A stretch of DNA of 64,000 nucleotides from Ostrea edulis (Eukaryota). Below the pieces are notes generated by a model. That model did no database searches, had not been told where the DNA came from, and saw only the letters and a program-made list of their open reading frames with translations. The position numbers and the translations under genes were made by a program. Below, piece after piece: positions 46,240 through 59,600 of this stretch. The stretch spans positions 29,140,001-29,204,000 of the forward strand of contig NC_079172.1 in assembly GCF_947568905.1 (NCBI RefSeq). The letters are read 5' to 3'. Position 1 is the stretch's first letter, and each line of letters starts with the position of its first letter.

Positions 46240-47536
46240 TCATGATTAATCATATCATTATGCAAGCATCCCCCGGTAGTGCAGATTCAAGTTTCTTTAA
46301 AGTGTGAAGTACGATGAAATCACAATAAGGAATCAGACTTTTACATTAGAATATATAGGGAAATATCTTTTAAAAAATCATCGCAGCAACAGCAGGACCT
46401 TGATTAATCATATCACTATGCAAACATCTCCAGATAATTCAAATTCAAGTTTGTTTAATCCAGGGGTCCGGTGGTAGGATGTGGCCACAATAGGATAGCA
46501 AGGTTTTATATAGGGATATGCAGGAATTTAATTAAAACAAAATCCTTTTTAACAGTAGGAGGGCCACGATACATTGTATCTAAATGCATACGCTGTTAAG
46601 CTGTGTGGATTCAAGTTTTTTATGATCCCGTGATCATAGGAGGAAGCACCTGCCATTGAGTCTGTCCGAAAGGTTAAACTTGCTTATAAATCTTAAATGG
46701 TGAGTAATTGGGCTCTCGTATTTCTTATTTTCATTCCTTGTGACAATGCCTTTCTTTTTGGTTAACTTTCCTTAAAAGCAACTCAAAATCCATGGTCAAA
46801 CTTGTATTGTAAAAAAAACTTTGCTACCAAAATGGTATATTCACAAAAATGCACATATAAAATATAAGAGTTCGATCACTTGCCATTCAAAAGTTATGAG
46901 TAAGGTTAAAATTTCGGATAAACAGGACAAAAATACTATGTCTCTGACTTTAGTCGCAGAGGCGTAGAAAACATGAATCCACAAGAGTTGGAAACGTTTG
47001 ATTTTGATACCATTTAGGGTCTTCAAAAAATTGTTTTGATCAATTGTCTGTATATTACCAAATGAAACTTCGATATCATATTGTGTCCAACCTCCCGGGT
47101 CCCTGAATTGAACAAACTTGATATTGTATTGAAGATGCATGCATATCAATATGGCTAATCATGGCCCTGTTGTTCTTGAGAAGATCTTATTCTCAATATA
47201 TTTCTCTACGAAATTGATTCCCCATAGTGATTCCACCCTACCCACGAGGAGGGGGGGGGGGGGGTCATGGTTTGAACAAACGCGAATCCACACTACGTCA
47301 GGAAGTTGATTTTTGAATGACCTCATCCTATTTTTGCGGTTTCTTGATTATCTCCCCTTTGAAGGGGGTGTGAACAACCATGTGAACAAAATTGAATTGA
47401 ATTTCCTTTAACTAAGAACGAGTTGTGCCTAGTTTGATTGAAATTGGTCCAGTGGTTCTCGAGAAGATGAAAATGTTATATGTATAGCAGTAACAACAAA
47501 TACCTCACTTGAGCCTTTGGCTCAGGTGAGCTAAAA
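46240..47536. mobile_element. Cluster of Helentron-type non-autonomous fragments
   Basis: core repeats; minus-strand 5' end TTTTAGCTCACCTGAGCCAAAGGCTCAAGTGAG at 47536-47504. Confidence 0.55.
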
Positions 47537-48486
47537 TATTACTCCCACGAAAAAGTAAATTATTGATTTTTTAGTAGGGATATTGCATTGAATCGACATA
47601 TAACTGCAGTTTGTTATTAAAACAACAAAATGTTTTTTATATACTGCAAATTCAACAATATAAAGTAAAAGTACATCGTCAGTTGTAAAGTGTCAAAATA
47701 TACAAGTAAAAACATTTCTGAATTATTCCTAAGCATATTGTGGTTACACGATGGAAAGGCGTAGCCATTAAAGAATTGGGAGAATATTCACGAAGAAAAA
47801 TTGCCGAATGCAACGAATATTTTCCTGCTTTGTAGGTAAACAAATTAATTTAAAATCCTCAAGCAATATTGAAAAATAGTGCGTGGTTTCAGACATGCGA
47901 AAAAGTAGTTTTGCGTCACCATTTCTGATATACACGTGTGAAGGGAAAATATTAATTAAGTTTAACACACTGCGTTCTACGGTTGATGGACGAAAGTGAC
48001 ATTAATTAATGGTAGGGACAAACCAAATTGGCACAGGTTTGTGTGGGGTCATTGAAGCGGAACCAATGAGGACGAACTGAGACACACTCCAATGAACGTA
48101 ATACCTTGCAATTTATGCAAAGTGGGCCTCACGAAATTTCAAACCGACCGTCGTATGAGAGGAGCGCTGACCTCTAGAGTTCAGTATTAAACATGTGTAA
48201 GTGGAATCAAGGATGTTTATTTCTTTCGGAATTTTACCGTTGTAAAATTAATTGAAAGGATTCTGTTCTACGTGGATTCATTGATGAAAAATGTACGCAT
48301 GTTAAATTGCCGTATGATTGTGTGCGTGGATTGATTTTTCGTTGATGAATTCTGTCAATACGTGTGAAATTTCTATCTGAAATTATTTTTTGTTAGTGAA
48401 GCCAAAAATTATTACTCGATGGATATCCAATACAAACTATACCTTGATGGCTGAATTTTAAAGTCGGAGAATTATTTTCTTTTAAA

Positions 48487-48972
48487 ATGGGAACCCCAAG
48501 CTGGGCAACATATTTCGATGGCATCGAACCCGACTATCCCGGGAGACCACGGGATGAGAAACAGTATGGTTACTGTCCTCAACAAACGCCGGACACTCGA
48601 AAACGAAAGCAAGGAATGGTGTTTCCGGGGAATGAGTTCAAACTCCAAGACCTGGAATACATCTCCACCGCAGCTGGAAGAAACTCGGTATCCGGTTCCT
48701 GGAGAAGGACTTCCGGTTCGCTTCCATCTCGTTCTCCACAAATGAGTCCCACGTATTCTTCATCGTCTAATTTCAGTGACGCTCAGTTTCTGCCGCCCGC
48801 ATCAGTAAATCAAGGCCGTGCTTTACCCCCTATCCCAGTGGACGGAATTGTACATTCCGGAAGTGTTCGATCTTGTAGCAGTCGTTCACAACCAAAATCC
48901 CCATTAGAACTGAAACTGTCTCAGAATCATTGTAATCGAGAATTGCCGCTTATTCCGTTGGAGCACAGGCAG
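48487..48972 (+). CDS. SEA-protein exon 1 (cytoplasmic)
   Basis: ATG, 162 codons, cag|gttaga donor. Confidence 0.8.
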
Positions 48973-50610
48973 GTTAGAAATTCTTTTTTTATTTACAATT
49001 TTCATTGTTCACATAATACTTAAACTAACCTTTATAGTATCTATGTTGATATTCAATCACTATATGCAGTGATTTTGGTTTCGTTCGAATTTTTCAAAAA
49101 GTACTTGGTATTTGATATATGGCTTCCGGGCGCCATTGTTTTACCATAAATCATGTAAAGTTCGAAAGTTCAATGAATTTAATTAAGTTTCAAATGATAC
49201 GTGTAATTAACCTGTATGTCCATGCATATCATGTCCTCACCTCAATTACACAAACTTAAAAACAAATCGGTATTCAAATGAACGCGTAACGATGTCCTGT
49301 GTCTCCGCGATGTAAAACTTATACGATGTATTTAAATATGATGAGGCAGTGCTTAAATACATATTTCACAATGCAAAATAGTCATTTTACATTAACCTGT
49401 CATGTGACACCTGTGCCGTGGTCATGGAATCTGCGATGATAAAATTATTACAAGAAACTGTAAATTATCGTTAGAACAGCTGTAACTGTGAAGGTGTGAT
49501 GTCATAACAGTTTAAATTGTAATTACAACAGCTGTCCAAAACAAGTAAAGTTTTTGACGTCATAACAGGCTACAATGTAAATTGTAATTTACATAGTCAC
49601 ATTGTAAATTGTAGTTTACATAGTAACATTGTAAATTGTAGAATACATTGTAAATTGTAGTTTACATTGTAAATTGTAGTTAGCATTGCCTATTGTAACT
49701 GGCGTAGGTGTAAACCAGGGGACATCAACCTCCTGAACGTTAGAACTGAAATAAAAGTGGAGTCTTGGAGACGTCCTTACTCGTATAACACAAGCTTCAA
49801 AGTCAAACACGTCTCCTGGACACGTTTACGACTACGTCTTTTCTATACTTGTCTTGAAGAAGCGCAATAAGAAGCGTAATTATACATTTGAACTGAATCA
49901 AGACATCGGTATGAATAATTAATCACGTGGTATGTGAATCGCTAATGCATCAGCTGTATGCCCTGTGCTTTCATTTCAATTCTTTATCACACGTGCACGC
50001 CAAACAATGGACTAGTTCTTGAAGCACATGCAATAATAACAAAGAGATCATTTCTTTCATTTCATTTATTCGCTCAAACCATTCACAATGGTGCATGAGG
50101 TACATAAGTTAGATTTTTTAATTATATAAATAATATTTCCAAGGGTACAAATATATAAAGGATACCTGCACATATATGATCATTAGCACAAAATAGAGGG
50201 GGGGGGGGGGGGGGGGGGAGAGATATTGCATACAGAGAGAATCGGACATTTAATAAATATACATGTAAGGAAGGATAGCAGACTAACTCTTGAATTTTAG
50301 AAATAAATATACAGACACATAGGTTTTTCATGTTTTAAAGTTTGATGTTGTCATCAATTCTCTCACATATATCACACAGATCACAAATCGGTCAGGACAT
50401 GTATCATGGTGCAATGCTTAGTTTTGTTGTAGATGTCTGTTTAAGTTATTTACATTTTTGTCTTTGAAACGTACGTATAATTCGCAAAGTTTATATTTGG
50501 GATGAAATTATTTATGAAATTTAGCAGCATGTCTACACTTAAGTATATAAAAGTTAATCACGCAATCATAATTATCTTTGGAAACCTTTTAATGATGTAT
50601 TTAAATCAAC

Positions 50611-50664
<54 letters not shown>

Positions 50665-53600
50665 GACACACCAGAGGTGGGATTAGGTGCCTATGAGGAG
50701 TAAACATTCCCTGTCAACCGTTATACCCGCCGTGAGCCGTATATCTCGATAGATAGGTTCATTAATAATTAACTGATTACATTTAAATACCAGTCACTGT
50801 TTATGGCATGCCCGATGGATGTAAATTTAAATATAAATTGAAAATCAGGATGAAATATTTAGGTTTAAACAATTAAATGAAGTGTTGTTTTCGCAAAGAA
50901 CTAAATTCATTGTACACTTACTATTTTGTTTTTATGCATACATTATAGATTTAACAGATAAATGCATTTATTTTACTACATTTTACATATATGCATGGAT
51001 ATATATCTTTCTAAATGCTAAGGTCAACATGACAAAATATAAAGTATATGTCTAAGTTTTTGAGTAAATGGAATGTCATTAGAAACATTCCATTGATGCC
51101 ACCCATTGTCGCACGTGTCAAGAAAGATGGTCAAAAACACCTCCAGTTTGAAACAAATAAACTAAAGAAGCTGATTGTCAAACACTTGTCATGAAAAGGA
51201 AGGTGCATACGTTATATTTCATCCGTGTTACTCTGACCCGTTAATTTCTACTGATTTTAAGTGATTTTTCTCTCTAGTTCCATTGTACACTATTCAGAAA
51301 GAAATGTACTTGAAGAACTGTTTTGAAATCAATTAGATATGTCATTCAAACTTACTGTTTGTTTACATTTCCATGTAAAATGCATTCTAGAAAGGTAAAG
51401 CAAAAAGCCCTCCATCAAATAATTGGTAATTTGTCAAACGAAATGTCACCAAATCACTTCACAAGGCACATCGCCATTTTATTCACTTTTGTGAGATGAT
51501 GGAATATTGTTTTTGTAATATCTGGATCTTACAAGTAATTTCTGTGTGGAAAAGCTGATAGAATAAAATCACGACAGAAATAATTGTATAAAGGTTTAAC
51601 CACAATGTATGAAGACAGTGGAAATGTACACCGTTACAAACAGGTAAGGTGGTGGTAGATTTGTAAAAGAATGTACTGGAACTCATCAACCTGATCACGT
51701 GACGAATATTTTTTAAATGTGAAAGACCTAAAACTTAATATTCCCGAATACCCTAGTACTTGAAATATCTTATGTGTACTTCTCGAATCTAAGAGTTTGA
51801 AATCCACCAATCCTAGCACTTAGGACACCGTATCTAGACGCTCATCTAAAATCATCCTTCATGTATGTCATGACCCTTGGCTACATGTTTGAAACGTATT
51901 TCACATGGGTTTTTTTTTCTTTGCGCTATCAATTCTATGGTATTTAGTTATTTGATATAGAGATGATCATTTTGATTTTGGGTGATACAGTATTTGGTGA
52001 TCTGATTACCATTTCTGAAAATTCCTAACCTAAACGACAAAGGAGTAGACACATAAATTGAACAACAAAGTTTTCCCTTTTATAATCTTCCAAAATATTT
52101 ATTTATTGAAGCGTGACAAAGCCCCAATTATTTCATACAAATTACAACCCTGATTGACAAATAGGGCGTTAATAATGGTACTTGTTTTAATTATAATGAT
52201 TAGTATTATTTGCATGCAGTTCTATCTGACAGGCGATCAGAATCAACTTCAGGTTTTCGTGGATAGAATCCAGAACATTCTCTGCATATTTGTTTGGTGT
52301 TTTTTTTTTATTTAGACAGGATCTACTTAATAGCTATATTGTGTTATTTATTTCTTCTTCTTTTTTTTTGAAATAGAATATTCACAACGAATCAAAATCG
52401 AAACGGAAACGGCCACATAGAGAAAAGAGTTCTAGGAGATCCCGCAAAAATGATGGTGACCATGAACCGGAAACAGCAGTTGTGTTGACTGTATCAATAC
52501 GGAATGGAAAGAAACTGAAACATTCCGAAATGTTAAATAACAATATAGAAGACGGTTTGACTTCGACATTAACTGTCAAAAAACCTTTGGAAAGTACGTT
52601 GAGCCGAGAACGTGCAGCAAAGGAAGCTGACAAAATCACAGTTCCATTGCGCTCTAGGATGCGCAGGAGTCGGAAGCGATGTCTGATCCCAATGGTGATC
52701 ATTACAGTCTTAATTTTGGCAGGGCTATTCTCTGCTGTTACATTCGTCTTACTCAGACCACAACAAAATGGTAAGTTCTAATATGCCAAATTTTGATAAA
52801 AAACTGATTTCTTATTGTCAATTCTTAAAAAGAGTCAAGAGAATGCTGGGGGGTCGAATCACCGTCATCTTCATCTGTGTTTATCTGGCTGTTTGTAGCA
52901 TGAAGAAGGGATCAACACATGTCGTTGGGCTTGTCTAAGTGTTGTATTGACGGGAACAACTGTAAGGGTTATCAAAGTTTAGCTTTACATTGTTCATATA
53001 AGCAAATGTAATAATAATATAGTCACCGTACAGACGTTCATACTAAAATCAGCGCACGCCATGACGCTTAGTTACATATTTGACAGAATTTCACATAAGA
53101 TTATGTAAAATGGGTTTCAAACATATAACTAAGCGTCTGGACGAAAATTCCATATCTAATTCACTGATTGCAAGCAGGAATAACGTATTTGTTAGTCGTA
53201 CGAACACAGCCAATTTGTCTCTAAGGGTGGTCCGTTTTACTTCAGATGGTTGGTCGCCCCTGTTGACCCATCAGATGTAGTTTTATTTTAGGAACACAAT
53301 ATTTGTCATAGTTTGATACTTTTAAGTTCTCTCTATATTCGGCACGATTGTAACAATTCATGCAGGTTTACGGCTTTTATTAATGTCAAGGTCATTTTCG
53401 GACTAAAGTTATGGCGGCGGGACAAGAACGGTCCGTCACTCTAATGAAGCCCAATGAAAATGTTGTAAAATCAGCGATTACAAACATGTTGACGGTTCGT
53501 ATCTGCTTTGTTCTGAATGACCAAATCTTCGCCATGTCAACCACAATGCAGTCCACGGAGTAAACAAACTGCTTAATCCTAGGTGAACGACATTTACTTT

Positions 53601-56600
53601 ATATTGAGGATGTATATACTCATTAGAGAACAAATAACCCTGTCTGTTTTGCCTTAAATCGTCTTAAATCACCATTGTTTTACTACTACAGGTGCCGCAT
53701 GAAAAGTTTATGTTCTTGGTGATGCTACATCTTATATCGAAATTGAGATCTCGTGAGATTTCTTTAATGGCTAATACAGACATTTATTGAAACCTAGAGA
53801 GCGTTAACCAAATGTTTCCAAAGAAAGACCAACCCCTGAAAAAACCCGCACCCATCCCCGCCCCACCCTACCCTCATATATGTACGCATATCAACCCCAA
53901 CTAATCCAAAACACACACACAAAGGGAATTGAATATTTCTTTTGTTCATTCTTCAAGACCTCACGAAAAACTGAATTAGAAATACAGTTGATGCTTGAAC
54001 AGAACAACAAAAATATCAAACTGACCAAAATATTCTATAAACCTTTTTATGATAAGAGATATTTTGGTTTCTTTGTGAGGACGGAGTTTCAATTTTATTA
54101 CGTATGTATTCTATATCAAGGAAAAATGCTAAGTTTCTTTTTTAAATATTATGAATTAATTGTGCTCTTTCCCCAGCTTTTCACAAGTGAATTATATTAC
54201 AAAGTGTGCCAAATATGGAGGTAATTATATGATTTTCTAAATACATAACTTGTACAATCACTTGTAAATGGTATTTTCTTTTTCAAACATATATGTTTCT
54301 AGAGGTAAAGCAAAAATATTTAGAAATCTTTTTCTTCAAGAATTTTTCTTTTTCATTTTCATATTCAATCAGCTGATGTCTGTTCTGACTTTTAAATATT
54401 TTTTATCGATTATATTATTCCTTACGAACATGTCACTGAATGGTGATAGCGATCAAATAAAACTACAAATATTGCTTTATTAGATAACAGTTTCCTGACT
54501 TACTGCGAAAGTGAATTAAGCAATGACACAACGTCACAAACCATTATTATTTCCATATAATAGAATGGAAACGATAATCTGTGGTCATCAGCGATGAAAA
54601 CGACATGGTTCCATCAATTTCACGAAATGTTGTTTCCTAAGAAATGTAATGCGAAGCATGAAATTGTCCTTTTAGTAGATTGCATTGGCATCGTTGAAAA
54701 CAAAAATCTGGATACACATGCATGTTCTAAAAGTTGGGCTAATTTTGGAAAGCTTTTTGAAATAGTAAAATAAAACTATTGTTGTTGATATCAACAGAAA
54801 TATGTTTACTCAAAAGTTAAACTTTTCAGAGATACTACACGCATGTTTACTTAATATTCCAAATTTTCCGACCTTCAATTTTTCTGTCTACCTCCAATGG
54901 AGGTTGACTGCTTCTCATAAAAATGTACAAAACAAACGACAGCATAATTTCGTTGAACATAATTACTTCCATTTGTAATATACATTTTTGGAAAAAACAA
55001 CTGACAGGTAAAAAGGTAATAAATTTTTGATCACGGTGTTGGACAAGGCGCATTAGAGAGGGCGTGTCGCCATGACTGTCTAAATAAATTATGTATGTTT
55101 TCTCAAGAAATCGTGAGGAAAATTTCCATAAACATCAAGAATGCGGGCTGTTTTCAACGTTTCTAAATGGATGTAAGCAATGTCCGACATAAGTTATTTA
55201 TCTATTTTATTTATAACAACAAGATAGAGCTACATGAAAACAGATATCGTTCAGTGAACTATCAGTATCTATCTATCTATCTATCAGTATCTATCTATCT
55301 ATCTATCAGTATCTATCTATCTATCTATCTAAAAATGTGAATTCTGGTGAAATTACATTTTTTTTTAAAAAAGAACTGTTGCCAAAAAGCATGTGGACTT
55401 ATCTTTACTTGAACCATGACCTTCATGGGATTAGGGTGGGGTCACATGCATGAAAGTAGACCGGGGAAATGTTTTCAACAACAGCAACAACATTAAACTA
55501 CAATTTACCTAAAGAAAGTACAAGTTTTCCCCGAGTATTGTAAATTCAAGTCTGCTCGAAATGTGCATGAGTTCAGAAAAGGGCAAGCTGATTAGCTGTA
55601 TCTCGGAAAAATCTTCTGAAAGTTTCCTCTCAAGAACAACATGGTTAAAATTTAACTTAAAAACAAACAAACAAATTGAGCTGTAGATTTCTTGTTCCAC
55701 TTTTGACGCTACTGGCACTGGTTAGGCCTGCGTTTTTGTAGTTTATATTTTTGTATTTAAGTTCTCATGGGTAGTGATTGTTTCTTCGCCAAACGCTCGG
55801 CATTTCGAAATGAGAATCACGGGTCTTTCGGATATGACCTTGAAAACGGAGGTACCCTGTTGCAGCAGGCGTTGGCAAGCTAAAGAACCCTCACTGCTAC
55901 GGCCCAGATCACTAAACATAGGTCTAAATTTGTGGTACTTCACCTACAGCTGTTGAGGTCTCAATACGAGTGAAAACTTCTCGACGGGACGTGAAAAAAA
56001 ACAAAGATCTCAGAGATCACGCCTGTTTAAAACGTTACACATTCGATTCTGTACCGAGGAAGCTGCGACTAAAATTTCACCAGGGGAAAAGAAACAATTA
56101 TCAAGTTGCATTCTTAGATGATCTATAAATAAATTGATTATCATAGATTAGAATTACACCAGTAAATAATTACAATGAAGTAGCATTCATAGATTGGTGT
56201 AATGAGTACAGTGCATTTTACATTTGATCAATGCTGAGTCATAAGTTGGTCTAGATTGACAACTTCATTAGAATAATCTATGTTTATTACTTTCATTGTA
56301 CTCTGCATTCTGATAGGTGTTCCAAAAATAGGATCCCTATCGACACTAATCTGATCACATCAAAGAAGCAGTGGTCATGCAGTTCAGACAAGTTTTCAGA
56401 TAGTACATTCTATAGATACGACCGAACAGGATTTTAGATAAGCGCACAATTTCTTGCTATGAATGTTGCCATTTCATATTTTCCATATTTCTAGTCACTA
56501 GACAGCGCGGCCATATAACTCACACCTGACTAAGATATACGACTCACGGCGGGTGTGACAGATCAACAGGGGATGCCTATACTCCTCTTAGACACCTGAT

Positions 56601-59600
56601 CCCACCTCTGGTGTCTCCAGGGGTCCGTGTTTGTCTGATCCCACCTCTGGTGTATCCAGGGGTCCGTGTTTGTCCTACTCTTAATTTTGTACACTTTATA
56701 GGAATCATGAGATTGATTATCTTCATTTTTCACCAGACCACTTTCGATTTAAGTTTCGCTTTTAAAATCGGAACAAATTGTGAAAAAGAGAGACTGATAT
56801 CAAAAGAGAACTGTTCTAAATTACATGGTCCCGGAGCCTGAAATGTCGATGAATGATGTTCCAAAGTTACATGTAAATAATTCTGTCAACCTTCTCCTTT
56901 TCTCACTGTCTCTCTATCTTTTTTAAAACCTCTTCCTCGATATTCGTCAATCAATCACTTCTGCCTGGAAAACAGTCTTGTCCATGGCGTTAATGAACTC
57001 GCATGACCTGACTAATCCTTGTTGTGTTGAAAACTACACAGATTTTTTTGGCTGATGGTCATTTTAATTACAACACTACAAGTCTGATTTGATCTAACTA
57101 AGTAGCACACGGTGTAACAATGACACTACACATTTCTAGTGCGACTGAGGTCCTCGGCCCACTAACCCCTGGCTGTGGTTATTGCAGGGTTATCGTAAAG
57201 TTGTACAGCACACGAGTGAAAACTTTCATGAATAAAAAGTGGAGAATATGCACACTAATATTTTGTAATCCAAAACTTTAAAACTGATTTTATGTAGAGG
57301 ATAAAAAATAATCGGGTGGAAAAATAGTCCCCTAATAGATTCAAACTCGAATCTACAAATCTACTGTTACACGTCAACTGTCTAGGCAATTGCAATTAAA
57401 ACGGCAGGTCATACATCTATGGCACGCCAAATTCACAAAAATGAGCTAAACATAGTTTCACAGTTGATAAACTAGGTTTATCGACAGTAAACTATAGTTT
57501 ACGGACCGTTAATCTATATTTCACATATGTAAACCATAGTTAACAGATAATCTATGTTTCACAAGCGTAAACTATAATTAACAATGAAAACAATCATTAG
57601 CGATTTCAAAACATAGTTTATCTGATAAATACGGTTTCACGATTGTAAACTACGGTTTACAAGTCATAGTTTATCTGATAAATATAGCATCACAATTTGT
57701 GAAATTAGGATTAACAATTGTGAACTATAGTTAACGAATGTAAATTATAGTTTACAAATGTGAATCTGTATTTATCAGCAAAATCTATTGTTAACGTTTA
57801 ATAAAAGACAGATAAACTTGGATTAGCATTTGTAAACTATAGTTTACAACCGTTAAATATAGTTTTAAGGATGAAAACTATAGTTAACGAATCGTTAACT
57901 ATAGTTTACAGTTCGTAAACTATAGTTTACAGTTCGTAAACTATAGTTTACAGTCGATAAACCTAGTTTATCAACTGTGAAACTATGTTTAGCTAATTTT
58001 TGTGAATTTGGCGTGCCATATATATATATATATCAATGAAAATATCATTTACTTTATTTTCCATGTATGATTTATAAGAAAGGAAGTCGGTAATATTATA
58101 ATAAAGGGAAATGATACCAACGCCAATCAATGGTTTTCAATCACTTTGAAATGATTTATATGAGATTAGAGTGTAAACAAACCAATGAACTTACTTTAAA
58201 TTTTTATTTTTTGTAGAATCATCATCATCAACATCATCCGAGGAAAAGAGTGGTTTAGGTAAAAGGAATCAAGTTTCTGTGTAGTTTTATGGCAAATCTT
58301 GAAGGACATGCACACGTTTCATTGCAATTTATTTTGTTCTGAAACATTTATAGTACAAAACAATTAAAGAACGATCTAAGGAAGTTGAAAGGGTTCTCAA
58401 TTAAGTATAATTTTATTGCAGATACACTACCACTACTAATGACACTAGGTCTGTCTCCCCTATTTCAGAGGGGGGGGGGGCATAATGTTTTTGTACTTTC
58501 TGTCCTTCAGACCGTCCGTCCGTCTGTCTGTCACAAAATTTGGTGAACGCTTCTTTTCGTATATGGCTTATCTGATAGATTTGAAACTTTGTGCAATGCT
58601 TCATTGTCATTTGTAGATGTGAATATTGGTGGGACAGATGGATCCAATCATTTTCCTATAAAAGTTATAGTGGATCTAAGAGGCGTGGAGGATGTTAAAA
58701 TAGCATGTGAACGCTTTTCCTCCTATATGGCTTATCCGATAGACTTGGGATTTTATACAAAGCTTCATTAGCATTTATAGATGTGCATATTAATGGGACA
58801 GGAGGATCCAATCATTTTCCTATAAAAGTTATAGTGGATCTAAGAGGGGTGGAGGATGTAAAATAGCTTGTGAACACTTCTGCTTCTATATGGTTTATCG
58901 GATAAATTTGAAACTTTGTACAATGCTTCATTGCCATTTGTAAATGTGATTATTATTGGGACAGAAGGATCCAATTATTTTCCTTAAAGATTTAGTGGAT
59001 CTTAGAGGGGTGGGGGATGTTGAAATAGCTTGTAAACGCTTCTCCTTCTATATGGTTTATCGGATAGATTTGAAACTTTGTACAATACTTCAATTCCAAT
59101 CGCAGATGTGCATATGGTAGGGACAGGAGGATCCAAATGTTATCCTTAAAGTTATAGTGGATCTGACGGGTGGGGTTGTAAAATAGTTTGGGAACACTTC
59201 GCCTATGTGGCTTATCGGAGTTCATAATGTCTATGTTCCTGCTCATGCTTTCTCCTCCATACCATGCAGTACATTAAGGGGAGGAGGTTTCATTTGGAGC
59301 ACTTCCTATTTGGGGAGCTGGGGAGACATTTGTTTTTCATAAAAACAATCTCTAGTTGTTTTATGTCGTTTTGTTTGCTAAAAAATAATGATCATTTTGG
59401 GTCTTTTTCAGCAATGATTTTAGCAATCACGCACATGCGCGTTTTAAACAAGAAGTATGTATTAGAAATGTCTAATTCCTCCAGCCTGGAATTTCTACAG
59501 TTCACCCAAGTCTTTGAGGACGATGTAAGTTAACCTGTCATGATTTATCTCCCTTTTTAAATTACTCTTTATATAATCGTCATTGGTTGTTGTGAAAACT

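Noticed and set aside
42900-48480. Additional protein-coding gene in the intergenic region
   Set aside because: Short ORFs here map to retroelement or Helentron fragments or AT-rich sequence; no consistent exon chain was found on either strand.
59275-59342. Frame reading LRGGG...GSWGDICFS, reminiscent of an SRCR domain
   Set aside because: Wrong phase for the flanking exons, ends in a stop, no good donor; exon 58217-58258 joins 59412 in frame without it.
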